Below, piece after piece: positions 14,895-28,465 of a stretch of 64,000 nt of DNA (positions are counted from its first letter, which is position 1; each line of letters begins with the position of its first letter). Both the position numbers and the translations under genes were made by a program. The stretch is from NCBI GenBank assembly GCA_028534125.1, contig CM052817.1, positions 70,868,001-70,932,000 of the forward strand, written 5' to 3'. The notes under the pieces were generated by a model. The model was not told where the DNA came from. It was given only the letters and a program-made list of their open reading frames with translations, and made no database searches. The DNA comes from Lama glama. Its lineage: Eukaryota.

Positions 14895-16188
14895 TGCCCA
14901 GCAGAGATTTTTCTAATTTTTTGATAGGTTTTCCAAACCAATAATTATATTAATTCTTTGAAATGAATTTTATATCTCTCTAGATATCTCTTGAGAAGAA
15001 AGGAAATGGAAAATTAGCATTTCTTGAGCTTCTACCATACATCAAGCACTGTGCTAAGTGTTTATGCAGAATTCTCTGAGTTTCAAAGAGAACTAATGCA
15101 AATACAAAGCTTGCAAAATCTCACTCTTAAGGGATGAATTGGAGTCACTGGGCAAAGAAAATGCTATCTTTTTCTATGAGGTGAAACATGGTAGTTGAAC
15201 TAATGGGGAAAAAAAAGTATCTTCTTTAGGTGGGAAAAAAATCTCTTCTCAATGAAATTTTTACTTGATGGGAGAGCTCTGTTACTTGGAAAGAAAAAAA
15301 ATACGAGTTTTGCAATTTTTCAAGAATTCTGAGCTTAGCCAGAATGAAAAATTATTTTACTCATAAATAGTATCCTTATAACATTTGAACTCATATATTT
15401 CGAGTAACTTCATCTTATACTACAATTTAACTTAAAAATAAAACTTAAAGCATCAAATCAAAAAAATACCACATTGTTAAAACAAACCCAGAGGCAACTG
15501 AGATTGAAAATTGGTGCAAAGCTCACAGGCCTTGTGGTTTGGGTGATTTCCAAATTTATTTTAATTTCTTGCTCCAAAGCTATGGTTCTCCTCCCAGGCA
15601 GAGTATCTTCAAATGGGAAAGAGGGTGAATGTGGTTGGGAAGGCTACCTAGAGAATTCTTACATGCAGCCCCTTCCCGCCCCTCAACTATACACCCCCCA
15701 CCAAAATAGGAACCACTGCTCATTCATTCATTCAAATAATCTTTATTATTACGTACCAGACTGTTTTTTAAAAGCTTTATACCTTTTTTCTGTTTTTTTC
15801 CCTAAACCAAGAAAGCAGAAGTGAGAAGCTGATAAAAAATCAAAACAGCAACAACAAATAAATTCCTCTCATTAAAATGACTGATAACTTCAAAATATTG
15901 ATGCTTTCTGACAATCTCATATATATTTACCTCAAAACAAATGTCACATCTGTTATACACTCTAACCAAACTTACTTTGAGTTTTGGACACATCCATTCT
16001 GCTCTTTTACCTTTATTAAGTTAAAATAAGTCACAACTGGGCTTTAGAACAGAGCACACCAAGTTTCCACATTGTCTGTTCATCAATTTTAATCTCACCT
16101 CCTCTCACAGAAACCTGAAGCTTTTTGGAAAAGAGCCACATAGAGAAACTATACACAGACATGAACATTTTAAGCACTGTCACATGCA

Positions 16189-16190
<2 letters not shown>

Positions 16191-16258
<68 letters not shown>
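16191..16258. repeat. (TG)34 microsatellite
   Basis: Directly visible. Confidence 0.99.
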
Positions 16259-16261
<3 letters not shown>

Positions 16262-18659
16262 TGGTATGCATTTAAACTAGGCAGGAAAGCAAAAGAGTTC
16301 ACCATATTGTATAGTACCGGAAGGCCACTTCTGGTACCCATATTTCCAATAATTCTCAAAATAAAATAAAATTTGATCAACAGCTAAATGGTAAGGTTTT
16401 TTTTCATTCAGAAAATGTGTAGACAGTAAAATTAATTTTTGCAGATCAAATCCACCTTGGGTGAATGTGTACAATTGCAACTAGCTTGATCACAAACAAC
16501 TTTTGAGGCATCTTCTCAAACTGGAGTTCACATCCCTCAGTGGGATATCAGTGCACAGGGTACCAACATGATGCATACTCCCAAAGCATTCAGTTCATGT
16601 GAATAGTTGAGGGATAGCTGAATTTTTGTAATCCTAAGTTTTTTCCATTTATTTTTTAAAAAACATGGAATAGAAAAAGCAGTCAGGAATAACTAAAGAA
16701 GATTGAAGAAGTTTTAGTTTCAAGTTTATAAATACTCCAAAACTTTTTTTTTACCAATTTCTCAATTTTTTTCCAATTTCTCAGAAGCCTCACTTCTAGA
16801 CCAGTGTTTGGCTGATATAATGTTAATGCTCGTGGGGGGTTTGTGGCAGAGTGGCGAGAATACTGGGAATTCAGAGACCTAGTTTTGACCTCTGACTTGC
16901 CAGCATCATATGGGAATCTTGGGCAAGTCCCTTTCAATCGTTAGGCCTCAGTTCCTTCCTCTCTAAAAGGGTGTGCACTAGATCATACCTAAATCATCTT
17001 CCTACTCTACATTCTGAAATTATTTTTAATATTTTACCCTTGAGACACTGGAGTCCACAGAAGTTAACTGAATCAGGGAGAAGCCTCCTGTGGGTCATTT
17101 CCAAATCCCTAGTAAGAGCTTAGCTAACGTGACCACGCTGACTAGCTCCCCTGCAGCAAATACTACCAGGCTCAGCTATCGACAAAGGAAGTGCTTCATA
17201 TCGTCCTGTCTGAAGTCGGTTTTTTGCTGAGATACTTTCTCTTCACAACAGCATGTTCAGTCAAATGAAATTCCTATTCTAATTGCTACATAAAAGAACA
17301 ATCATTGTATCATTCATAACATCTGTACAAATAAAATTTCTAGATAGGTAAAGGGATTTGGAAAACTCTCTATTTCACATATCATGTTTCCACAGCCTGT
17401 CTTCATACTGCTCTTAAGAATCCAATTTGAAGATAAATTTTCACCCCCAGTCTGAGATGTAATTTCACATAAAACCAGTTTATTATTACATTTCTTTGTA
17501 GTTCCTATCTTATATTATTAACTCATTCCATGTTTAAAACAGAAAGGCAATCACTGTGCTATTTAACCATGAAAGATGATAATGCACAGCTTAACATCTG
17601 GCAGGCAAAAGAAAATCATGGCTATTCCCCCTAACGTCGAAAGCGCCCCCACCAGGGAAACAACTTGAACTGAGGGGAAATATCTGAATAGGAGTACCGG
17701 GAACAAAAGGAACAAATAACATTTGGTAAGGGACTACCACGTTTTGAGCCTTTTTCCTGGACTTATTTAGTGCTCATAATAACTCTGTAAGGTAGATATC
17801 GTTCCCATTTGTAAATGAGCAAGCTAAGATCCAAGATACTGCTATTCAACAGCTAGTGTGTAGTTGGGATTCAGGCCCAGCTCTGTCTCCCTCCGTGAGG
17901 TTACACTGTCTCTGGATTATAGGTCATTGGACAGCATACCCACTCTATAGTGAAGCGGGCATGGAAAAGAAAAAGAAATGAGTTCTAGACTGAGACGCTG
18001 AAGACGGTGCACTGCAGGGAAAAAACTCTGAAGGAGGAAGTAGCTAAGAGGAGAACCAAGATTCAACAAGAGTCACCAGCATAAAGAAGGAAAGAGAATT
18101 GAAGAAGGTTGGTTGAAATATTAAGCACTTGGAAGTTGGTTATATATGAGGACAGACTACCTTTTGATGATATCACCATTAACCTAAGTAAAACAGCTGT
18201 AAGTCATCACGGACACCATCTTCCCTTCACCGTTTGGTCACAGAGCCCAGTTGGATCCTCCTTTCTGGCAATCCTCTCCATTCTTCCTGCCCCCACCCAA
18301 CCTCAGGCCCTTGTAATTTCACAGTTGAAACATGCAGTAGTTGGGTCTCACATCTTCCAGTCTGTGTTCTGTAAACTTTCTATAGCTTAATCTCTCCAAA
18401 ACTCTGACGCAGAAACCAAAATCGTTTTCCACTAACCATACAACATTCATCCTCATATTCTGTTCTGTTATCCATATGCAGTCTTATATTTAACTGCTCC
18501 CCATTATGCTGTCCATCTTAAACTTCTAGGTCAATTATATCTCAATAAAACTGGAACAAATTTAAAGTTTTAAGAGTTGAAAAAAATAAATGCATAAATA
18601 TATGAACTGCTCCCCAATTTGGCCCTAGTCAACCTTGTACACTCTGTGACCATTATATT

Positions 18660-18855
18660 AGCTGTTGGACTTTGGGCAAGTTAATCAACCTGTGCCTACA
18701 CTTTATCATCTGTAAAATGGGGGTAAATAATATAAAAAATAATACTTGACTCATATAATTATTTTGAAAATAAAATGAACTAATGTATGTAAAGCACTTG
18801 AAACAGAGGCTGCACTGCTCAGTAAGTCTTTAATAAACATTAACAATCATTATTA
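18660..18855 (+). mobile_element. MIR SINE
   Basis: ctttgggcaagtta...catctgtaaaatgggg...atgtatgtaaagcactt. Confidence 0.75.
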
Positions 18856-19237
18856 TCACTTTAAATGATTGTTTTTATTACCTTTCAGCCAAACATTGTA
18901 TAAACCACAACACAAATATTACTAACAGTATTAACAGTAATGAAAATAATAACGGCATTGGAGACATTAAAATTTGAACACATGATAATCTGGCTCTAGA
19001 GTTATGCTTTAAACACTATGTTGCAATGCCATGAAGAAATAATCAGATAAAATATAACCCTAAGCATGGGTTCTTGCTATTTCTGCTATCTGAAGGATCC
19101 TCTCATTCTTAAATTATCAAATTCTTAAATCATTAAAAATCCAGTCCAGTTAGGGCCCTTTTCAAGATATCTTCTCTGAGTTTTCTAGCCAAAAGTTATG
19201 GTTTAACAATTTTTAATTCCATCTGCACTTTTATCTT

Positions 19238-19332
19238 ATTTTTAATTATAATTTTAATTATAATTATTTTTAATTATAAAATTTTTAATTTTAATTATAA
19301 TTTTTAATTATACATTTTAATTATAATTATAA
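19238..19332. repeat. AT-rich degenerate minisatellite (unit ~ttttaattataa)
   Basis: About seven imperfect copies visible. Confidence 0.85.
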
Positions 19333-22300
19333 CCCACTATATTTTCATATTACTTGAAAAGCTAACAAATCACTTTCAAACACATCAACTTCTTATGTTG
19401 TATCTCCCTGGCTAAGGTCCTTGAGGGCAGGGGTGGGGACTTAAACTTCTGAGCCACTTCAGTATACACTAGGTACAGTGCCTGTCAAAGGACAGATCCC
19501 TGTAGATATCGGTGTAGGAGTCAGTGGTTACCCACGTGCAAGCAGTTTCAACAAAGTGACTGAGAAAAAAATTAACTTTCACAATGAGAAAAATCAATCA
19601 AAGTGTTCAGAGACTAAATCCTGTTTTTACTTTAAGAAATAGTTTTCTAATTTCAAAATAATCAGTTTTCATTTGAAATGCCTGTGGCTGCAAACTATCA
19701 TCTGATTCTCCTAAACATACTGTTGATACTTCTTGATTACTAGAAAAATGGGGCTTCATTGCCATGGTGACTAAAAGAAATATCCGTAGACAGGCACTAC
19801 AATTATGTCACTGGGGCTAATGACATTTTCCTCTCCTACATTTTTATTTTGATTTAATATATAAAGCCCAAAGGTTATGTTGATTAATTTCAATTTCAGA
19901 AGGCATTGTCCTAGTTCTGTTGCATTAGAAATGCCACATTAAACTATAAAAAAGGATCTTCCAAATGGTTTTGAACAATCCCCCAAAGACTGCAGTTAGG
20001 ATTACCAAAAGCATCAATTCAAATGTGAGGCATATATTTATTTTTATACGGCCAAATATTTACATTTATATAAACAATCTTTGATGTGTATGCAGGCAGA
20101 GAACTACTATCTACTTTCATTTTTTATAGCTATCTCTGACATCTTTCTCCATTTAACCCCATTAGAGTAATGCTAGTTTCAAAACAACAACAAAAGAAAA
20201 ACAGAAAGGAAAAGACACAAACGATACAGCCAGAGGCTGCCTTATCATTCACGCGTGGCTTGCACTGAAGGGAGAGTTTTGAAGATAAAGATTTGGTGTG
20301 TGACTAACAAGAGATGAATGAACACCTTCTGAAATTTTTCCTTGGAGAACTAAAATTTCAATTTATGACTCAAGGGTGCAGCTGCATCAGGTACAAAGCA
20401 AGAACAGGTGAAAAAACCTCTCCTTCATTCAATCCAGTTCCTTATACAAAGATTCCTACATTGTCAACATCAATATCGTAAATATGTTTCCTTTGAACTG
20501 CTGGATATCATACTTTAAACACTTAAAAATATCTTTTTATTCAATGAGTGTAGAGCAACAGAGGACAAGAGAAAATAAATTTTCCTAATAAATTGATTCC
20601 TTAACTTGGAGAGAGCTACATAGCAAAGTGAACAGGGAACACAGTCGATCCAATCAAAAGAATTAGGTAAAATAGGGAAGGACAAAAGGTTTTGAAACTG
20701 AAAAAGCAAGTAAATGTTTCTATTTTATAGATAACCAATATTGCTTTGAACATATCCTATCCCCTCCAAACGTCTTATCTTAAAGTTATACTATTTTTTA
20801 AATCTCTGATTATAAGAAAGAAGTATATGAAATAGGTAGAAGTATTATAGAAATCATGGTATATCTTTACCATGTAAATATTGAGAATAACATTTATAAA
20901 GATTTTTAAGAACATGGAAAATGTTTATTGAATAATGTTAAGTGAAAAAATAGAATAAAATATCTATAGCACATCCTCTCCACTATGTAAAAACATTTAA
21001 CATTTTTTTTAAAAAGGAAACGATAAAACATTAACAGCCACTGTCTTGGGTTGGTAGAACTATCTTTCCTATAATTTCTTATATTCTACATTTTCCCCCA
21101 ACAAGCTTATAGTATTACCTTCATAACTGGGATCAGGGTTGGAAATCAACACTAAAAGAAAAAGATTTTCAAAATTTGGTTCATACATAAAGTACTAACC
21201 CAATTCATTTCTATATCTAAATGCCATCTGTAAATTTATAAAGAATGATACAAACTATTGTTATAACTGTTATCATTGCAAAAATAAAGCAACCAAGGGA
21301 GATTTATTATGAAAACTAGGAGGTAATACAAACCATAAAAATGTTTAAGCAGCCTTATTTCAAATTATAGTATTTCAAAGTATCTTTAACTCCTTAAAGT
21401 CAAAAACAGCATTCCTCAATGCCAATATCATTTTATGTTTATTACACATTACCATGCCATCATTTAAGACATGAGTGTACAATTTAGTTCAGAACTGAGA
21501 TACAACTACATAAAATAAGCAACAATGCAAAAAGATAAACTATTCAAGGCTGTGTAGGAGGTCAACATGAGGAAGAAATCAGTATGGCTAGTCTGTCAGG
21601 AAGGCTTTGTTAGAGAGGTGGGAAAGGGGAAAATAAAGCAGTGCTTGTTAAAATAGGATCTGAGGATTAATTGAACCACTGAGCAAACTAATTTAAAACT
21701 GTTAACCAGATAGTGATTAGAGTTAACAATGCTATACTGTATATTTGAAAGTTGCTAAGAGAATAGATTCTTAAAAGTTCTCATCACAAGAAAACAAATG
21801 TCTTTTAAATAGCACTCCTCACAGTGTACAGTTTAATGTTGACACGTTATGGATGCTAAATAAGTATTTCTTGAATGGAAATCAGCTTTTAATATAAAGA
21901 AATTAACTATGTTCCCTTCTATTGGGTGGCTACGCCCCTTGAGCATCTCTGAAGGGTCTGTCAGGGTGCTGTCATCGCAAATCATCATTAACATAATAAT
22001 AGTATAATCATCTAATATTCTGATACATAGTAATTTTAAGTATCTTGGGCTCATGTTATTTCCCTCTTGTTCTCCTATAACGAGGCCTTTTTGATCAACG
22101 TGAGGATGAACAGTAAGGGAACATGCCTTTAAGTTTAGGCTGATCTGAATTTCTGACTGTACATCTTCAGAGCATTTCCCCCCTTTTCCCATACATTTAC
22201 CTACTCTGTTCTTAAATACATGATATAATGCAAGCTCTAAAACTCTCCCATCCTAGCCATAACCAAGTTTACCTATTGAAAAAAAGGTCGTGCTATATAA

Positions 22301-22799
22301 TACAGCATCGTTTTTTCTATTTATAACTACTGTAGGCCAGAAAGAGCCATTTCTTTCAGTTTATTAGCAAAAGTTATTAATTAAAAAAAAAGTCATTAAA
22401 CTTGCAAAGTGTGTATTCCTTCCTTTAGAGTTTCTTTGACAAAAGGATCATAATTAAGCCCAATATGGACAAAATTCCGAAGTAGATATATATTTTTAAG
22501 CTCTTTGTGACAATAGCATTTTATCAGAAGGAATGATTTTCTGGCAATTTGTCCATCAAAACCTTTTAGACTAAGGGCAATATTTTTTAAATCACAAATT
22601 ATGAAATCCTTTACAATATATCATGCAGAGATTTGCTGGAGATATATTTCAAAAGAACACAATAATGAGCCTTAAGAGCAATAATCCTTTCATTGTATTC
22701 AGTACTAATCAAGTTTTGATTAACCCTGGTTTATGACATAAAGGTTGGCATACTCAGAAAGTTTCAAATACTAGCAATAAAAATAATTAAGGATTAGAA

Positions 22800-23110
22800 A
22801 ATAAGATATGATATGAAAAAGAGGGGAGGAAACTTAGATATTGGAGGAAAACAGAAAAACCTGGTAATAACATAAGTAGGTTATAGATCTCTTAATTTCA
22901 CCTAAGAAAGATCAGAAATGAGTTTATATTGCAGCAAAAAGAAATTCAGGTTAGATACTAGAAAGAACTGTCTAATTTGAGGTATGTTGGTCCCTATAAT
23001 CCATTACTGTGGAAAACTACAGACTCCTCCAGTGGAAGTTGTTATGAGATTGATGGATAGGTTGATAATCTGCACATTGTTTAAAGCAAAGTCCTCTCTA
23101 GCTCTGGAAT
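22800..23110 (+). mobile_element. Degenerate CR1/L3 3' fragment
   Basis: ttgcagcaaaaagaaattcaggttagatactagaaagaac resembles the CR1 3' region and the copy near 8200. Confidence 0.6.
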
Positions 23111-23269
23111 TTTATACTATATTCCTGCCTTATTTTCCTGCACCAAGCCCTGTGTGTCTACAACTAACATTTTCTAAATTTTCTTCTTTCACGCTACTCT
23201 GAGAATGTACTTTGCAGAGTAACATAAGAGCTATTGTGTTCTATCAAGAAAAAAAAAAAGCACACCTCA

Positions 23270-24130
23270 ATCATTCATTCATGAAATACATATTTGCTAA
23301 GTGTCCTCTATAGGCCAAACACCATGAGAAACCCTTGGCATACAATGATGGGCAAGAGAAAGTCCCTTCCAACATGTATTTTAAAGTGAAATGGAACAGA
23401 CAAACCATCTAACAAGCAATAAAAAAAAAAGGATTATTAAGTGCAGAAAAAAAGTTTAAGTACTGAGTTCTATGGAATCCAGACAGAAACACGTAAGCAG
23501 GAAAACTTAAGCTCCAGGAAGAAAGTGAAGTTTAAGCTGGAACTGCAGGCTGAGGAGGGTGAAGAGTCTCCCATGACATTATGAGCAAAGGCAGGTCCAG
23601 AGGTTGAAAGAGAGCACACAATAGGAGAGAACAGAAGATAGTGCAGTGTGGCTCAAGGGCAACCAGAAGGGGGAATGATGAGGCTAGAAGGCTGAAGGAG
23701 GAGGCCCCATCAAAGTTCCTGTTGAACATGCTCACATGCTTGGGATTTACCAGATTTTATCTTAGAAGGAGTACTCTGGCTACGGTGTGGAAAACAGACT
23801 GGAGGAGAGCAATAACGGAGTAGGGGAAACCAGGTAGTAGGCTGTTACCCTCACCCAAGGAAAGATACTGGTAGGCAGGATGAGAGGAGTAGCAGAAGGA
23901 GCAAAGAACAGACAGACCTGAGAAATCTAGGGAGAAAACAGGACTCAGTGGATGAAAAATTATAGAGAGTGTAGAAAGAGTCAAGAATAGTTCTCAAGTG
24001 TCTTGTTTGGACAGGAGTGCCATTCACTGAGAGAGGTACAGAGGGAGGAACAAATTAGGTTTTATTTACTTCTTATGTATTAGGGAATAATAAATTCACT
24101 GGAGCTACTTTGAGTTTGAGATGCCCAACT
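23270..24130 (-). mobile_element. L2 LINE 3' fragment
   Basis: Starts with the tcattcattc tail, followed by typical L2 antisense motifs (gtgccattcactgaga, ttgagtttgagatgcc). Confidence 0.7.
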
Positions 24131-25384
24131 AGCGATCAGGCTGATCAAACTCCTCAAAAGAGATTTCAAATGAAATCCAGCAACATACGGTTTTTGCCTC
24201 TGATGTTAAGTAATTAATGAATTGTATTATATTTTATAGAGAACAACATCACCTTTGTTGAAGGAATTAAATGTTTTCCAACTTAGAAACAGTCTTGCTA
24301 AAAAACAGGTTAATAGGTGTATACCATAATTTCTAGTTAACCTATTCATAATGTCTTTTTTTAATAAAAAAAATTGAAAGCAAGTTCAGGTTCAAGTCCA
24401 TGAATCACACTCTTGTTCAGACATTTTTGACATTTCCAATTTTAACTATGTCACTAAGATTGAAAAAGTCATGATTTAGTAAGCTGAGCAGTGCTCACTG
24501 ATCATCTGGGATTTAATTAGAAAATCCTCAAGTTTTCAGGGCAAACCATGAGCTATATCAGTTCAACTCTCCTGCTCAAATCTATTAACCTATTTATTAA
24601 AGTTAGAGAACCGAGACACTGCAAGGTACTCTGCATGGGCTAAAACTCTGGACTAATGATCATATCTGTAATAAACACACTGAACTGAAGGCCAAGGGAC
24701 AATTTAAACAGCACTGCTTTCTTTAACAAACCAAGAATGCTTTCTTTTCAGTATTTCTCTTCAACTAATCGTTAAATTTTCTTGTAATCTTTTTATTAAA
24801 ATGACCTATATAATTAAGGCAATAGATACCTATTCCTACATGCAATTTCTTGATGTAGTAACAGTATATACTAAAGAGGAGCAGGAAGTGTTTGCATTTT
24901 CAAATTACTTGAACAATACAAGGAATTAAAGGTATAACAAAGAATACGAATGAATGTCATGGTTCTTCCATAGAAGAAGAGCCATTATTGTGGCTCTATG
25001 CTACATACCACCAGACCTTCTTAAATTTTACTTTCAGAATAATTCATCTGCTTTTTCTAATCATCTGCCTACTAAAAGGTTATTAAAAACAGGCAACATT
25101 AAGAAGAAAGTACTCAGAAAATCAACCTAAAAAAAAATAAAAGAATTAAATGATGTATCAAATTTTACTGGAATACTTGTTTAAAATGACAGAAACTACA
25201 ACCAAGCCATATCAGTGAATACAGCCCTTTTTCTGTGTTCCTCTAATATTAACATAATGCTTTTCCACACTCCTTCTATTCTCCCAGATATGTTTCTGTT
25301 TCCTACCCATCCTCCCTGCTACTATTACTACCTCCAAACATTTCCTCTGCTAAAATTTTTTTAACAGTCTCTGTTTTTGGAGTA

Positions 25385-25600
25385 GTCGGTATAACGGTTA
25401 AGAGCTAAAAGCTTGGACTCCAGAATAAGACAGTGCTAACCTCCACTTTATTAGTCATATGATTTGTGGAAGTTTTTTAACCTTTTGGGGGCTTATTTAT
25501 CCTTTCTGTAAAACTGAGATAATAGGTTATTGTAAGGATTAACGAGACATTAAACGAAAAAGACAACGCTTGGTACTTGGGATAATGCATATTAGCTATT
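25385..25600 (+). mobile_element. MIR SINE
   Basis: ggttaagagc...ctgtaaaactgagataata...ttgtaaggattaacgaga. Confidence 0.7.
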
Positions 25601-26004
25601 ACTTGTGTCATTTGCTTGGAAGGCTACAGAAGAGCAGCTGAGGAAGTAGACAAGCTACAATTATTCTCTGGAAATAAAGAAGTGAAGATAAATGACCTTC
25701 AGAAACCCACACATGACAATGGAGTGTTTCAAAGAAAGAATACCAATATTAAGCTTGTGCCTTAAGCATGAATTCCAGTATTCTAAAAACGCCCCATTGA
25801 CCCCAAAATATACTCTATAGCTTGCTAATGTTGTTGGCACTAAATTTATCAAGATATGGAGACCAGGAGAGAATGTATTAATAATCTAGGACTTTATTTC
25901 ATAAATAAATGGTTGCCTCCTGAGCAGTCAGCATGACTCCCTCAGTCTGTAACATTTACACCAATACACTACCATTTAAAAAGGCATTCTCTGGGGGGGG
26001 GGTG

Positions 26005-26006
<2 letters not shown>

Positions 26007-26060
<54 letters not shown>
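26007..26060. repeat. (AT)27 microsatellite, next to a G10 run (25993-26002)
   Basis: Directly visible. Confidence 0.99.
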
Positions 26061-26063
<3 letters not shown>

Positions 26064-28239
26064 GGGTATTCACTGTAGGAGAGAGGATAAAGATTATTCT
26101 CAACCACAGGAAAAATGACATAAAGTGTGGTTACAAATCTTTTCCTGTAGAGTTGAGTTACATGTTTCCTTCATGTGAAAACCAAGTAGCAATTATAGTT
26201 ATAAACTAAACCCATGACTTTTATTGTGTCAGCCTTTTGGGAGTCTTCTAAGAGCCTTTACTATTGTACTTCAAGCTTATTCTGCATTATGTCTTAATTA
26301 GATTAAACTGCATCACTTGAATCTGAGATCATCCTAAGTCACATGGTGGAGAAGCTAATGCTGAGCTACAGCTCTTTAAAATCAGATGGGAAAAGTCTAC
26401 AGGGTTTTTTGTAGGTCTGTTAAAAATTGTCAATTTAGTCACCTTTCCAAATATACTATCAGAAACCCCCACTTATTTAGCATTACTGGTGGCAAATACA
26501 AGCACAAATTCTCATTTCTATAAATGGCAAAATAAGAAGGCCTAATATATCAGGTTAAATCCCATATTTACCCACTATTTGAATAAAAGTTTTCCAAAAT
26601 CATAGTAAACAAAAAACATTTTCACATTCAAAACATTAAATCTTCTTCCCCATTCAACTGTATTTACAAGGATCCAGGGATCTAAAAAAGAAAAACAAAT
26701 CAAAGAAACTAGAAAATAACCCAATTTTTAAAAACTGTTCAACGTCCCTGATCAAGCTAAACAAAACTCCATTGTCAGTTTTCAGCATAATAATCAACCA
26801 ATATATTTTAACTCTTTGTTGTTTTTTTTAATTTAGTCAGTATAGCTTTGTATATGCCCCTTATGGATAACACAGTATAAGACAGCCTAGAAGAGCTTTA
26901 ATCAAACCTGACTTCATCTGAGGTTTGGATTAGCTCACATTGTCTTATCTTACCTATGACATCCATTCAGCCAGATCATTTTGTTAATATGGAAAAATTG
27001 TGCGTTGTGGGAAAGATTATTTGGGGGAAATCTAAAACTTTAAAATGTGGAACTTAATTTGCCATAAAATCTGGACTGCAAGTAAATCATCCCATTGATT
27101 AAAATTCACCTTTAAAAACTTTTTTAAAGAAAGGTGTGAATATCTGAAATATATTACAAAGAGAACACTGTTTTTACAAAACTCAATTATTTTTGCCCCA
27201 GGTAATAGTACAAGAGGTAATAGCATTAAGAGATTTGGGTGACCAAAGGACATGTCTGCAGTTATTTCAGCTTCTTTCCCCCTTTGTTTTTGTTTTCATT
27301 TCAAGGAAATGTTACAATTAGGGAACATATTTATACACATTTAATCATGATGCTTGTATTTTATGTTGCAAATTACTGCTGTTATGAGGTCGAAAAGTGG
27401 TGACCACTGTCCAAATTAATAAAGTATATGGAACATATATACTTGCATGCATAAGCCTCACAAGAAATAGGTTAGTGTGCTTTCTTCTGACTAGATGAGC
27501 AGTTTTCTAGGGAAAAAGACCTCTTTTATCTTTATATTCTTGTACAGTGAACCTGTGTAACTTATTCAAAACCAATAACATATTCTAAAGTGAAATAAGT
27601 AGAACCAAAGACATGCACAAATGCAATACTGCTGTTCATGAAACAAAAAGATTACAAGCCAATCATGATAAACTAATATGAATGAACCCATAAAGGTTAT
27701 TTGCTAAATAGGACTACTTCCACCACTCAGGGGGGATAAAAGCTGGCCTCCCAGGTGTGAGTTGGCTCAACAGAAGGGCAAGCTCTGCAGCCTCTGAGAT
27801 CCGAAGATCCCTTGCTGTGGAGACCACCTCCTCCTGGTTCCCTACCTCACAGTGACTCACCCTTGCTACCCCTTTGTCCCTCCATATAAATCTGTAAAGC
27901 CTTGAGGGGCAGGACCCTCTCCTGGACCCTTCCCCTGGAGGAGGCATTCCAGCCCTGCTTCATGACAGCTCAGGCATTTTGAGCTACTTCTCCACTCTCG
28001 AGCTTCTTCTCAATTATCCCTATTCCACATTTATATTACACGATTCCAACAATTTATGTGACCAGGCCCTTTTTGCACAAAATTACACTGGTTCATTTAC
28101 TCTGTAAATATCTATCAAGACTCTTCCATGTGTCAGGCCATGTTTGATGCACTGAAAAATCTACGGCATAGCATTCTTTCAATAAGCACTAGCATTTAAA
28201 GACCAAAGGCACCTAAGACTTAGCCAGCACAATTATATT

Positions 28240-28465
28240 CCATTTATTGAACACCTTCCTACGTGCCAGCATTATGATAGAAGCCTACCATACGTTGTTT
28301 CTAATTCTTACTGGAGATTAATATATCTCTTTTAAGGATGAGAAAACTGAGGCTGGATAGATATCAGTCATTTGCCCCAGGTCAAGCAGTTGATGAGTAG
28401 ATAAATCAGCATTAGGGCCAGCTCTATCTGGTTCCAAAGCCTGAGTTCTGCCCACTGGCTACACC
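28240..28465 (-). mobile_element. MIR SINE
   Basis: catttattgaacacc...gatgagaaaactgaggct...tttgccccaggtca. Confidence 0.7.

Noticed and set aside
16180..16380. ORFs with HTHT/CVCV runs (also YIYI at 25933-26118)
   Set aside because: Translations of dinucleotide microsatellites.
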